Source: a virus (Duplodnaviria; Caudoviricetes). From it: a stretch of DNA of 64,000 bases. The position numbers and the translations under genes are program-made. The DNA is taken from positions 99,913 to 163,912 of the IMG/VR virus record IMGVR_UViG_3300010365_001248; one strand, written 5' to 3'. Each line of letters starts with the position of its first letter. Position 1 is the first letter of the stretch. A model generated the notes under the pieces. The model was given only the letters and a program-made list of their open reading frames with translations. It was not told where the DNA came from and searched no databases. Shown here piece by piece: positions 37,380-48,811 of the stretch.

Positions 37380-40300
37380 TTATATTAACGACTGAATAAA
37401 TACTTTAATCTTAGAAGCTATCATTTCATGACCTATCGCATTAGGATGGATTCCATGAAAGTCCCCATCTGTTTCTGAGTCCAGGTTATAAACTAGATCT
37501 CTAACTTCTCTAATCCAAGGTCTAAGTCCACTCTCGTAGAATAAGTTTAAGAAAGGAATAGAGTTTTGCATACAGATATCATGAAGAGCCTCTACGTAAG
37601 CTACAGCATTCGCATTACTAGGGTTTAACCCATTCCAAGGACATGGTGCTATAATTCCTAACTTCATTGCTGGATTGATTGTATAGATAGCTTCGATAGT
37701 CGCTTTCATACATCCGCAAATAGTAGTAGTTCCTGTATCCCCTGGAGTTCCTAGTGTAAAGCCTTGAGTTAGATCATTAAAGCTTCCAAAAATAGTTACA
37801 ACATCAGTATTAGCCGGAATTAATGTAGCTCTTTGATAAAATGCACCGTTAGTAGTTGGATTATCTACATCATCACGACTTTTATATCCAGTACCGCTAA
37901 CGCCCATATTAACTACATCAAATCCTAGCCATTCTTTAACATAGTCGTAGTAGAATTTAGTAGATCGTGTATTTTTCTCTGTCAATGAATCACCTATAAC
38001 TACCCACTTCTTACCTTTATATAGATTTGCCACTGAACTTGCACAAAGACCTATACCATCTACTTCACTAATGTTTCTATGGTAAGGTTGATATTCAGTC
38101 ATTCTATAGTGTACAGTAATTATAGTTTGACCGTACATTGTTTCTATCTCAGATTCAGTCGGAAGAGTTGACATTCCCCACACTAGCGTAAATCTCAGAT
38201 ACTTAGCATTAGAAGCAATTCCTATTTCAATGGATGTATCTTCTGAAGGAATATCACTAGGACCTCTTACTACATTCATATCTTCATCTAACTGTACAAA
38301 CCTCTTAGATGATTCTGTTACAGGTAGATTATAGAAGTGAAGGTTACCAGTAGCTCCTCTTTCATTAGCTGGAGGAATAGTCATTAAGTTAGAAACAATA
38401 GACTGAGCATCTTCTATCAAGGCTCCGGTATTAGGATGCAATCCTTTTCCTCTTGTACAACCTGAAAGATTAAATAAGTTATAGCCTTCTTTATAATCTA
38501 GGTCTTTCTTAAAAATAGCTTCCGTAAAATCATAGTCACCCTTTAGTCTCAAGAATGGAGGATAACCGCCGGGATAAGCTGAGAGAATTAGGTAGTAAGC
38601 TTCAGAGTAGATAGGGTTAGAAAGATCGATAGTTCCCTGTATACCTTCATTAGCTACCGGAAAATCTAGTGTAGGAAGGGAGTTCTTATGCTTATCGTAA
38701 AAACAGATATGATAAGAATTTCCAATACTTCTAGTTTTATATTCTACGAATCTAGCACCCTTAATGAGAACTAGGCCACTGCACTTATAATCATTACTCT
38801 CTACAAATTCATGAGTAGTAGCGTCAATATAACCATTAAGAGGTAGGTCAATATCAGCGGAGACTACTTTATTTACGATACTAGCTGTCTTATTAAGTAT
38901 TTCTATATCCTCTGTATTCTTAACAACCTGATCATTTCCTCCTACTGACATACCCATAATAGAAGATACGGTGCTCCAGTAAGGCTCGAATGGAATATCA
39001 AGAGCAGAGACCATTAAATTACTATAGTCATTAATCGTAGGAGTAGTTGGATATACGTTATTTATTACAGTGAATCTTAGGTACTTAGTATTTGCGGGAA
39101 CAGTTTTAGCAGCCGTATCTAGAGAAGTTTGAAGATCTAGTGCACCTATTAATTCTCTATTCGCATTATACCAGCAACCGAATCTATGAGCGTTATTTCC
39201 TCCGTCATATGTAGGTAGATTCTTGAAATAGATAGTACTAGTATTTTCAGGTATTCTTATCCAACCGCTTAATACAGACTTTTCATAGGATGCTATTTTA
39301 TCTAGGTTATTAATTTCGTATCCTATCTTACATTTCTTCGGATTGAATAAGTTATTGCCCTCTGTAAATTCTATATCCTCTTCATGTATGCAAGTCTCTA
39401 GATCAAACTTACCTCTTAATCTCAGATAAGGAAGGTAGCCACCAGTATAAGCAGACATGATGATATAGCAGACTTCTGAATATTCCGGTCCGGTTATATC
39501 TAGAGTACTTTCAGTTCCGTCATTAATTATAGGAAAATCTAATGCAGGAATTGAATTTTTATTTTTATCATAGAAGCACATTTGATAAGAATCTCCAATA
39601 CTTCTAGCTTTATATTCAATAGTATGTACACCCTTTACGTAAACATATCCACTGCACTTATACTCACTACTTTCTATAAATTCATGAGTAGTAGCATCAA
39701 TATAACCGTTAAGGGGTAGTTCAACATCGGAGTAAGTAGTTTGGTTTCCTCTCTCCAGTGCTGAATAAATCTCGTTAGCAGCTTCAGGGTCAATACTTCC
39801 ACTACCTCCACCTCCTTCTACAGTATCAAAAATAGGAGCCGCTTGAGTTAGGATTGTCTTACATAACATCTGTCCAAGTAGGTCTCCTAACAGTTGATGT
39901 CCTTCCTGAGATGGGTGCAGATTATCATTGCTCATACCTGCGTGAGTCGTATTCAACTGAGAAGATAGCAAGTCCATATAACCCCATCCTTTTAGCATAC
40001 AGAATTGACGCTGCACACGAATATAGTCTTCACCAGTATCGCCGTTCGGATTCTTTCCAGTAGTAGTCATTGGGTAATCTCCAGGCCACTTGCAGTTATA
40101 TGGTCCAACGAGATAGAATTGATTTAAGATTGCTCCATTAGCTGTTTTTATTGTTGATTCTAGATCTAGTAGAGCAGCCACGTATCCCTCGGGGTTTAGT
40201 GCTGCAGTATTAATGGATTTCTCTATACATCCTGTAGTTTCATCAGTTGTTTCGATAAAAGGTTCTGCATCTAGTGCTACCTTATCCATTAGTACATCAT

Positions 40301-42260
40301 TAACACCAAAAATCAATACTCCTAGGAATGGATCAGTTTCTCTATTTACTCCACCCTCTTGACCATTATATCCTCCGGTAGTTACTCTCCAGTTTGCTTC
40401 AATACGATCTTTATATCTTCTACAACCATAAAATACATAAATATTGTCACGTGGATAATCAGCAGAAGTAGGAGCAATACAAGAACCGGCAATACATCTA
40501 GGGACAGGAATAATACCATAATCGCTAACTAGTACATCCAAGGCAGTTTTATAGGCTCTTGTTGATGCACCTGCTAGAATAGAATCTCCAAGAACTCCGA
40601 CACGATAACCTACATATCTATTATCTTTTAGCTGACGTGGTGGGTTTTGGACTGAATCTGGAGTCTCTTCAATAGTAAGTAGATCCCACATTGTAACATA
40701 GAACGAACTCCAACCGATAACACTTCCGTCTGCAGCCTTAATCATAATAGACAGCATATCCCCTATAGTAATTGTCACTGGGTCATTATGTCCGTGCCAA
40801 TTCCAAGGAAGGTCAGAAGTTTGTGGATAAGTTCTAAGCCAGCTAGGTGATTGAGTTACTGTTCCTGATGCTATAGCAAATTCATAACCGGCAGCAATAG
40901 TGAAAGTAAATGTTCTACCTTTCCATGGATCAACGTTTACATTATGGATTATGATACGTGTACTTTCTCCAGCGGTACAAGCAACTCCATAACCACACCA
41001 ATTTGTCGAACTAGTTCCAGGGTCGCTCAATCCATTATACTTTACCATATTTGGAGAAGGATCGAACAAGGAAGTAAGATAGACCTCGTTATTCATTCGA
41101 CAGGTTAGTACTTTCTTCAAGAATTCAGCGGTAAAAACAGTTTCTCTACCGAATCCAACGTCAATAGTACTACCAGTGAATCCAATGTCAATAGTACTAC
41201 CAGTGGATTGATTTAGTGTGAATGTTCCTTTAGTTTCTCCATTCTGCTTAATAGTAATAGTAGAATCATTAACGGTAGGTATATCTCCTGCATTAGCCTT
41301 ACCTGCAATAGCTCCATAAACTGTGTCATTAGAAGTTGTATCTGAAGGATTTCCAATCTTTTCATCAACTGAATTGATTGCTCCATATACTGTAGAATCT
41401 GATGAAGTATCACTAGGATCACCGATGGTCGTTTCTAAAGATGATATAGCACTTGCATTATCTGCGACAGCTTTTACCAGACCGCCTTCAGCATCTCCTA
41501 CTGCTGTTTGAAGATCTTCTACGTCTTTTGCAAGACCAGCATTACTGTCTCCTACAACATCATTTAAAGTACTAATATCAGAAGCATTAGTTGCTATATC
41601 TGCTGCATTTTGAGCAATACGTGCATAAATAGAACCATCAGCATCAGGCCCATCATCATCACAACCTATTGCAACTGTTGCATTATCAACAGCATCACCT
41701 ATAGAACCTTTCATTGATGTAGACCAAGGACCTACTGATTCTAGTAATTGAGTAACTGCAACACCTATAGTCTCTATATCATAACCTTGGAAATCAGAAG
41801 GAACTACAAAATCTGTAGATTGACCAACAAGACTTTCAAGAGCAACTATTGAAGCAGTAAGATCTGCTCCTGAAATACCAGAACCATTTCCTACAATAGT
41901 AGATAAATTACCAAGACTAGTATTTATAGTGGAAATCCAAGAAGCAAAATCATTATAACCTGAAGCAAGAGTACCTAATTTAGAATCAATTTGATTCTTA
42001 GTATAATAATCTGCAAGATCTGTAGCTGTTGTACCAATCTTTTCCCAATCACCTGGAGTACCTGTCCAAATATACTCATCATAGATATTAGAAGTTGCTG
42101 TAGTCTGACCAGGAACTAGATAAATAATATTACCCTCACCTGATGCAGGAAGATCCTGAACTACTTCAAGTCTTACATTAGCTGCAATTTGTTCATTGAT
42201 AGACTGTTGAATTTTTCCCCATAGATAGGCAAGACCTGCGGAATCTAAAAATTTTGCCAT
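37380..42260 (-). CDS. Tail fibre/spike with two SGNH hydrolase domains, 1626 aa
   Basis: GDS...DNLHPSQEGH and GDS...GIHPNAIGH catalytic motifs; coiled-coil N-terminus; internal duplication LPLNGYIDATTHEF. Confidence 0.85.
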   Translation of the reverse strand: MAKFLDSAGLAYLWGKIQQSINEQIAANVRLEVVQDLPASGEGNIIYLVPGQTTATSNIYDEYIWTGTPGDWEKIGTTATDLADYYTKNQIDSKLGTLASGYNDFASWISTINTSLGNLSTIVGNGSGISGADLTASIVALESLVGQSTDFVVPSDFQGYDIETIGVAVTQLLESVGPWSTSMKGSIGDAVDNATVAIGCDDDGPDADGSIYARIAQNAADIATNASDISTLNDVVGDSNAGLAKDVEDLQTAVGDAEGGLVKAVADNASAISSLETTIGDPSDTSSDSTVYGAINSVDEKIGNPSDTTSNDTVYGAIAGKANAGDIPTVNDSTITIKQNGETKGTFTLNQSTGSTIDIGFTGSTIDVGFGRETVFTAEFLKKVLTCRMNNEVYLTSLFDPSPNMVKYNGLSDPGTSSTNWCGYGVACTAGESTRIIIHNVNVDPWKGRTFTFTIAAGYEFAIASGTVTQSPSWLRTYPQTSDLPWNWHGHNDPVTITIGDMLSIMIKAADGSVIGWSSFYVTMWDLLTIEETPDSVQNPPRQLKDNRYVGYRVGVLGDSILAGASTRAYKTALDVLVSDYGIIPVPRCIAGSCIAPTSADYPRDNIYVFYGCRRYKDRIEANWRVTTGGYNGQEGGVNRETDPFLGVLIFGVNDVLMDKVALDAEPFIETTDETTGCIEKSINTAALNPEGYVAALLDLESTIKTANGAILNQFYLVGPYNCKWPGDYPMTTTGKNPNGDTGEDYIRVQRQFCMLKGWGYMDLLSSQLNTTHAGMSNDNLHPSQEGHQLLGDLLGQMLCKTILTQAAPIFDTVEGGGGSGSIDPEAANEIYSALERGNQTTYSDVELPLNGYIDATTHEFIESSEYKCSGYVYVKGVHTIEYKARSIGDSYQMCFYDKNKNSIPALDFPIINDGTESTLDITGPEYSEVCYIIMSAYTGGYLPYLRLRGKFDLETCIHEEDIEFTEGNNLFNPKKCKIGYEINNLDKIASYEKSVLSGWIRIPENTSTIYFKNLPTYDGGNNAHRFGCWYNANRELIGALDLQTSLDTAAKTVPANTKYLRFTVINNVYPTTPTINDYSNLMVSALDIPFEPYWSTVSSIMGMSVGGNDQVVKNTEDIEILNKTASIVNKVVSADIDLPLNGYIDATTHEFVESNDYKCSGLVLIKGARFVEYKTRSIGNSYHICFYDKHKNSLPTLDFPVANEGIQGTIDLSNPIYSEAYYLILSAYPGGYPPFLRLKGDYDFTEAIFKKDLDYKEGYNLFNLSGCTRGKGLHPNTGALIEDAQSIVSNLMTIPPANERGATGNLHFYNLPVTESSKRFVQLDEDMNVVRGPSDIPSEDTSIEIGIASNAKYLRFTLVWGMSTLPTESEIETMYGQTIITVHYRMTEYQPYHRNISEVDGIGLCASSVANLYKGKKWVVIGDSLTEKNTRSTKFYYDYVKEWLGFDVVNMGVSGTGYKSRDDVDNPTTNGAFYQRATLIPANTDVVTIFGSFNDLTQGFTLGTPGDTGTTTICGCMKATIEAIYTINPAMKLGIIAPCPWNGLNPSNANAVAYVEALHDICMQNSIPFLNLFYESGLRPWIREVRDLVYNLDSETDGDFHGIHPNAIGHEMIASKIKVFIQSLI

Positions 42261-42279
42261 AATTTAATTAATTTTTAAT

Positions 42280-42462
42280 TTACGGATTTATTATTTCATC
42301 TATATCAGCAATTGATAATGCAGGGATAGTTACCCAATTATCATCTGTGATAAAACATTGTTTCTCATCATCCCATATTTGCTATGCATAAGCCGCTTGC
42401 CCATCACCAGACATAGTAAATATAGAACCGTATACTTTAATATCTTTAGGTTTTGGATTCAT
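42280..42462 (-). CDS. Small fibre-associated protein (TAG=Gln)
   Basis: MNPKPKDIKVYGSI...QIWDDEKQCFI...ALSIADIDEII; 183 nt. Confidence 0.6.
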
Positions 42463-42464
42463 AA

Positions 42465-43316
42465 TTAGCTTAATGTATAAGTCTCCGTATAAGGAGTTTG
42501 AATATCTGAAGTTTCTTGATATAAACGATAGCATTTATAAGCTTTAGTCTAACCATTAACATTCAGATTAATAGTCTAAGGATTTGCCATAGGTGTCTCA
42601 AAAAAACCATTCATAACTTTATTAATAGGTTTATCAGAAGGTACACAAAACCATACTAATTGTTTACCTGTACTAAAATTAACGTTAAAATTACTTGCAT
42701 AAGAAGTTTTAACTGTTTTTCCTAAAGTATTTACAATTTCTTGTGAAATAGTTTTAGATTGAGAACCTTCATAAGGTACTGCTCCATAATACATAGGTAA
42801 ATAAGCATTAATTGTTATTGTTTTTCTGATAGTATCACCACCTTCTTCTGTAGCTACAATAGTTACTGAAGTTGAACCAATAATAGTTAATTCTTTAGTA
42901 AAACTATGTGAATTGCCGTCATTATATTCATATATAGTACCATCGGCAAAAGTAATAGTTTGTTTTACTATGTTACTAGATCCCGAATTAGGCTAAGTAG
43001 TAAAAGTTAAAGTTTTTGGAACACCTTCTTCCATTATATCAGAAGGTGAATAACTAATATTAATAGTAGAAGATAAATCTGCTGTAAGCATCTATTTAAC
43101 TACTTGTTTTAAAGGAGTATCAATAAAAGTTGTATCAGCCGGAACTCCTCCAACAGTAACATTAGAAGTTACAGTGATTTTACAATCACAAGAACCTCCA
43201 CCACCGCCACCTGATTGTCCAGCTGCCTATTCTATTTTTTCAGCAATTGCTGCTGCAGGAACATTATATCCTTGAGAGGCAACTGAATTTGACCAAAATA
43301 TTGGTAAATATGCCAT
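42465..43316 (-). CDS. Beta-rich decoration/fibre protein (TAG=Gln)
   Basis: ATG 43316 in frame with 42576-42794; VGGVPADT and PMYYG...WFCVP motifs. Confidence 0.65.
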
Positions 43317-43322
43317 ATTTAA

Positions 43323-43754
43323 TTATTTTATAGTAATATAAACATCTTCTTTATTAGCTAAAGCGTTAGCTACTTTTTGATCAAGAAGATCACTATGGTA
43401 TTTAGAATGAATAAGTTGTCCTTTAATCTTATTTTCCCCGACTAAAATACATCCTAAAGAATCTTTAGCTGTATTTCCTGCATGTATACGAATACCAGAA
43501 AAACCAGGTACATTTTTAATTTCTATCATTTTTTTACCATATTTAGGACTCCAAGTTCTTTCAACTTTATAACGTCCTGTAGGTATTGCTGTTTCTCCGT
43601 ACACTTTTATTTTTTTAATTTGATTTTCAGACATAGAGTAGGTTAAATTACGATCTTTATCTTCTAAAGTATTAGAAAATAATATATTATCAATATAAAA
43701 ATTACCAATAGTGTATTTATCTTTTTTATATTTACGTTCAATTAAAAGTTCCAT
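43323..43754 (-). CDS. DUF5675-family protein (putative endolysin/peptidase)
   Basis: TIGNFYID...TLED...AIPTGRY...GIRIHAGNT..DSLGCILVG. Confidence 0.85.
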   Translation of the reverse strand: MELLIERKYKKDKYTIGNFYIDNILFSNTLEDKDRNLTYSMSENQIKKIKVYGETAIPTGRYKVERTWSPKYGKKMIEIKNVPGFSGIRIHAGNTAKDSLGCILVGENKIKGQLIHSKYHSDLLDQKVANALANKEDVYITIK

Positions 43755-43763
43755 AATAAATAT

Positions 43764-43794
43764 AAATTATCCCCAACATAAAGATGTTGGGGAG
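43764..43794 (-). terminator. Hairpin/terminator
   Basis: CCCCAACAT-CTTT-ATGTTGGGG. Confidence 0.55.
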
Positions 43795-43798
43795 TATA

Positions 43799-44389
43799 TT
43801 ATTCTGTTTCAATAAATACTTCATTCTATTTATTTATATAAGGATTTTTTTCAATAGTTTTAACTTTTGTTACTAACTATTTTCGTTGAAATAATCTACC
43901 TAGCCAAGTTTTTCTAGGTTTACCAATTATTTCTTTCTTATTATAAATATAGATATACTATAAACTTTGAATAGAAGGTTCTAAATATATAGAATTTGGA
44001 TATTCAACTTTTAAACAAGTTGCAAACCATTCATCTCCTACAACAGTATCAATAGAAGTATTTTCTATTAAGAATGTATCTTTAAATATTATAGAATCTT
44101 TTTTAGAAAAATTATTTTGCTAATAAGCTAAATATTTTAATTCAGTATCTTTAATTTTTAATATCTTTCTTACAGAATCTAATTTCTATAAAATAGAATC
44201 ATTTAAATACTAAAACTAATCTGTTTTTAATTTTAATACATTATTTTCTAATTGATGTTTTTCATAATTAATTTGAAGAACTTTATAATTAGTATTTATT
44301 TCTGCAATATCATTATTTTTTTCTTTAATTACAAATAATAAATAAAAACAAATTAAAATTAATATAGCTATACATAAATATTTTTTCAT
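43799..44389 (-). CDS. Spanin-like membrane-anchored coiled-coil protein; 7 TAG codons
   Basis: N-terminal TM helix, coiled coil, C-terminal WLGRLF...EKNPY; adjacent to DUF5675 gene. Confidence 0.6.
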
Positions 44390-45408
44390 ATACTAAATAA
44401 ATTATTTAAATAATCATCTAAATCAGATCCTGATAAAATACTTAAACTAACTTCTCCATTATCATCAAAATTTCTTTGTATCTGTTTTTGCCAAATAGTT
44501 TTAGCCGCTTTATGTCCTGCTACTCCATTCCAAAGTTGAGTTGGTCCTAGCATATCAGAAGGAATTCTATAATGAGTTTGTTTATGACATTGACAATCAT
44601 CATTACAATTATATTTGTGTAGATAAGAATGAGGGAATTCATAAATAATTACTTTAAGATTTCCTACTTTTAATAAAGGTTGAATATATCCTTCTGAAAA
44701 ACAAGAAGCATCTTTAACATAAATATCACTTCCAATTACTTTAATAGGTTCATCTTCTTTTTCAACGTATATCATACCATCTTCTTCAGCATGAATAGTA
44801 TCTGTATATACTTTAGTTTCATAAGATTTAACCCCATCAATTATTTTTCCATTAGAATATATAAAAGCTATATGTAAAATACCAGAACCTTTAATAGTAG
44901 CAACTTTTGTCCACATTTCTTGAGGAGCATCTGTTTCAGTATAACTTAAATAACCTCTAAAGATAAAATTATCTATTTCTCTAACATTAACTAGATCATA
45001 ATGATTACATACTCTATGATCTATACCTAAAGCTTCTCTAGCTTTCATTTTATCTTGTTCAGTTACAAATTCATTTAAAAAGTTGTCTTTATCAAGAAAA
45101 TGAGGATCTTTATGAGGAAAACACTCATCTACTACACAAGGGAAACCTTCAGGTTTAACTGGAGGCATTGGAGGCATATGCATTACAGGATGCTAATGAT
45201 GTCTCCAAACAGGAGATAAATAAGGAAATTCATGAAAACAATGATGAGGGTGCGGATGTTCCCAAAACCAAGGTCCTAAAGGATAATAATCTAAAAGCAT
45301 ATTATGAACTTTAGGATGATGATGGTGATGATGGTGTGGAAAACGAGGATCATTCATATTTTCAGGAAGTATTTCTGGTGTATTATCCTCTGGATTTAAA
45401 TTTGCCAT
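44386..45408 (-). CDS. His/Pro-rich virion protein (TAG=Gln)
   Basis: Joins 45193-45408 and 44386-45183; FLNEFVTEQDKMKAREALGI motif. Confidence 0.7.
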
Positions 45409-45647
45409 TATTTTATTTTTTTAATTTCAACTAAATCTTTTTCACAAGCTAAAGGGTTATGGCAAGGTTTGTGCATTAAATTAGTAATAAAAAATTCCTT
45501 TAGCTCTTGAAAATTACAGGGCTTTAAATCACTCTCAATAAAAGTAATTAAAGTAAGAAGATCATTATAATCTTCTTTATGTCCTTTAAATAGCTATTCT
45601 AAAATCCATTCATATTCTAAAATAGCTTTATTTTTTAGAGCATCCAC
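45408..45647 (-). CDS. Small hypothetical protein (GTG start, TAG=Gln)
   Basis: MDALKNKAILEYEWILE(Q)LFKGH...; 240 nt; TAATG overlap. Confidence 0.5.
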
Positions 45648-46404
45648 AATCACTTTTTCCTTTAAGTTTGTCAATAGAATTGCAGAATCCTCCACAACCA
45701 TTGATTAAATCTAAAATTCGTTGTGCTTCAAAATATTTATCAAAATCTAATAAATATTTAATAATATTAATAGTCATAAATATAAAATCTCTTTTATAAA
45801 TTTGATTAGCATTATCCTATGTAGGACATCTTTGAAGTAATATATCAAATAATTGTTTAGCATAAGAATAATAGCAGCACCATAATTTAGATAAAGGGAA
45901 AACTTTTTTTACTTTTTTATCTACATTAGTTGTAACTGTATCTTGAATATAAGAGATTAAATCTTTAGGATCTATAATTTCATCTATAATTCTTCCTAAA
46001 TTATCTTTAAAACGATAAATTATATCTCCCTGACGATTAATATAAAAAACATAATCTAAATGATCTACAGGATTATGTACTGATTTTACCCAAGTTTCAG
46101 TAGGAATAATAAAATAATATAAAATATAATAACCGTCTTCATTAAACTAGATATCAAGCGTATCAATATCTCTTTTCATATTAATGTGTTTAAAAGTTAC
46201 CATTTTATATATTTTATCTTTAGAAGTATCTCCTGAAGCATCTTTTTTAACTACTATTAATAGAGATTGTGATTCTGAATATTTTTTATCTGAATAATTT
46301 TTATAATTATAGTATTCAGGAATATAATAATCATAATACTTGGAAGCATCTTCTACGATTAAATGCCCTTTTGAATCTAAATTAAAATTTACTTCAAGTT
46401 TCAT
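45628..46404 (-). CDS. Portal-adjacent structural protein (TAG=Gln)
   Basis: DGYY...RDFIFMTINIIKYL...C-terminal CGGFC...DCGC; 777 nt. Confidence 0.7.
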
Positions 46405-48811
46405 ATATTTTTTATAGTATCATTATAAGGATTTCCATCCTTCTATTGTTTAAGTTCCAAATCAATCTGTTTTTCTTTAAGTGCAATTTCTTGTGTTTTA
46501 TAAGTACGATTTGTTTGAGCTTCATACCATTTAACTTGATAATCTAAGTTAATTTTATGTTGTTCTAATCGCATTTTTTCTGCATTTAAGTATTTTAATT
46601 CAGATTGAGCTACATCTAATTCTTGTTGTAATTGTGTATTCTAATTAGATAATTCTTGAAGTTTTTGTTCTAATTGTTGTATCTAATCATTTTCTTTCTT
46701 TTTAATAGCTAAAGCCTAATTAATTTTAGCTTTTAACTCAGAAAGACTTTTTGTAGTTAAAGCTTCAAAAATTGTAGATGCATCTAATAATCCATTAGAA
46801 ATAAAATCAGGAATTAACTGTTTAATCTACATTAATTCTTCCATAATCTAAGTAGAAGGAACTATATGAATATCAAAATCAGTTACTGTAAAATATTCAG
46901 GAAGTGCTGTAAAAATTTTCTATTGATTATGTCCTAAAATTAAAGTTCCTGTAATTCCGTTTTTATATACTGTTTTAGCAATATTTAAGCTATCTATTAA
47001 AATTTCATTTGTTACCATATCCATTTGTTGATAAATAGGTTTAGTTATTTTAAACGAATTTTCAACACCTTGTTTAATATTAGATACGGCATCTCGTTGT
47101 TCTATACCATTAAGTCTTTCTCTAAATACTCCTGTAATTTGACTAACTTCTTCTTCAATAGACTATAAAGCTAAATCTATAGCTTGTATAGCATTAGGAG
47201 ATAAAGTATCATCAAATCCATTAAATATAGTATTTAAAGGAGCACTGCCATCAATTCTGCCTTCCTATGTAGTGTCAATCATGGCTAAACCATTCTTTTT
47301 GTAAGCTTCCCATTTTTTAACACGTTCAATAAAATCTGGTCCTAAATTTTTTGGAATCATAGAAAGATCTAGAATTTGCCCTTTAACACCACTATTAGCT
47401 ACAAGAATATCTCTATAGTAATGTAAAAGGTCATACTACATTATCTTCATTAGGGTCGTTAATCCTAACCGTTTACACTGCTCTAATTTTCATTAGAAGT
47501 TGAGACTATATCATACTTAATATTATTAATAATTTTTATATTAAGTTCCCGCACTTCGATTGAACTTTCAATCTACATAATAGTCGTTGAACCTTCCTAA
47601 AAGGCTTGGCTGCTGATTGCCCTCGACTTAACGTTAGGAGTTTCCAGCAATTCACGGGATTTATACAGGACTAGTAAAAGTCAATCCTGTTGATGAGCAC
47701 ATTTTAAAATTAAACTATATGGCTAACTAGAACGATTTAAATAATATACTCCATTAATACTTAAAGAACATTTTTTAGGATTACTTATAGATCTATAAGT
47801 ATTATCATCTACTGGATTAATAATATAAATATCTCCACCAATTCTAATAACAGAATATCTGTGCATAACATTATTTGCATCTACATCTAACCATTCAACT
47901 TCATAAACTGGAATTAAATGATTATTTAAAGAAGTTCTGTCTTGTGTAGGTAAAATATCTTTATCTTCACCCTAAGTTATTGGATGTAGATATTCTATAG
48001 AATTAATCTGTATTCTTTTATAATTAGCTTCACTAGTAGATTCTATCTCTTTTTTTATTTTGTTTCTATTTTCTTTAGAAATTTTATTTCCATACATAGA
48101 TAAAATAGTGGAAGGAGTGAGCCATCTTCTAGCTACTGCTTTATTAGACTCCTTAACATAAGGAGAATTTGGATTCATTTCAATAAAAGTATCTCGTGGG
48201 TCTAATACTTCTATATTAATATTATTGTTCGCAAGGGATGGTTTAACTTGATAATAAGTATAACCAGTAATTAATAAATCTAAAAGGAGCATCCTTAATT
48301 TAGTTACTATATCAGCATCTTTAGATTGTAATAAATACTGTATTACATTCTGTGCAGCTATTTCATACTCAGATATAAAATTTTTATCTATATCACTAAT
48401 TAGAGTATCTAATTGCTATTTAATATGAGTATCTGTATTTTCTTGCCCATTAATTTGTTTTAATAAAAAACGGGTTAAATGTTCTTCAAGTTCTTTTTTA
48501 ACTGCTTGCGTAATAGCTAATTGTTTATCTCTAAAAATATTGGAAATTGTAGATTCATCTTTACAAGAAACTTTTGGAACAATAGGAATTCCTAAATATT
48601 CACCAACTAAAGCATCTATGTGCTTTCTAAGTAAAGGAGTGAATTTTACTGATGTTGGACTTCCTATTCCAAAATTTTCTTCTAAATATCTAAATTGTTC
48701 AGCATCTCTTTTACCATTATAATAATTGTAGGCTCTTTGGAGTTCTGTTTTATCATAAACTAATTCCCCAATAATAGAATTAGTCTATTCAATTAATTCA
48801 TCTTTTGTCAT
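46401..48811 (-). CDS. Portal protein, 2 exons (48811-47684, 47438-46401), 721 aa (TAG=Gln)
   Basis: AYNYYNG...FTPLLRKHIDALVGE...QQD|QYDLLHYYRD...TGVFRERLNGI; spliced length 2166 nt. Confidence 0.9.
47439..47683 (-). mobile_element. ORF-less group I intron in portal (245 nt)
   Basis: P1 CAGGAU/GUCCUG, P10 UACUA/UAGUA, same core as MCP introns, terminal G. Confidence 0.92.

Noticed and set aside
4569-41422. Minus-strand alternate-frame ORFs 4569-4772, 16524-16772, 34301-34486, 41213-41422
   Set aside because: Each is nested out of frame in a longer, better supported gene.
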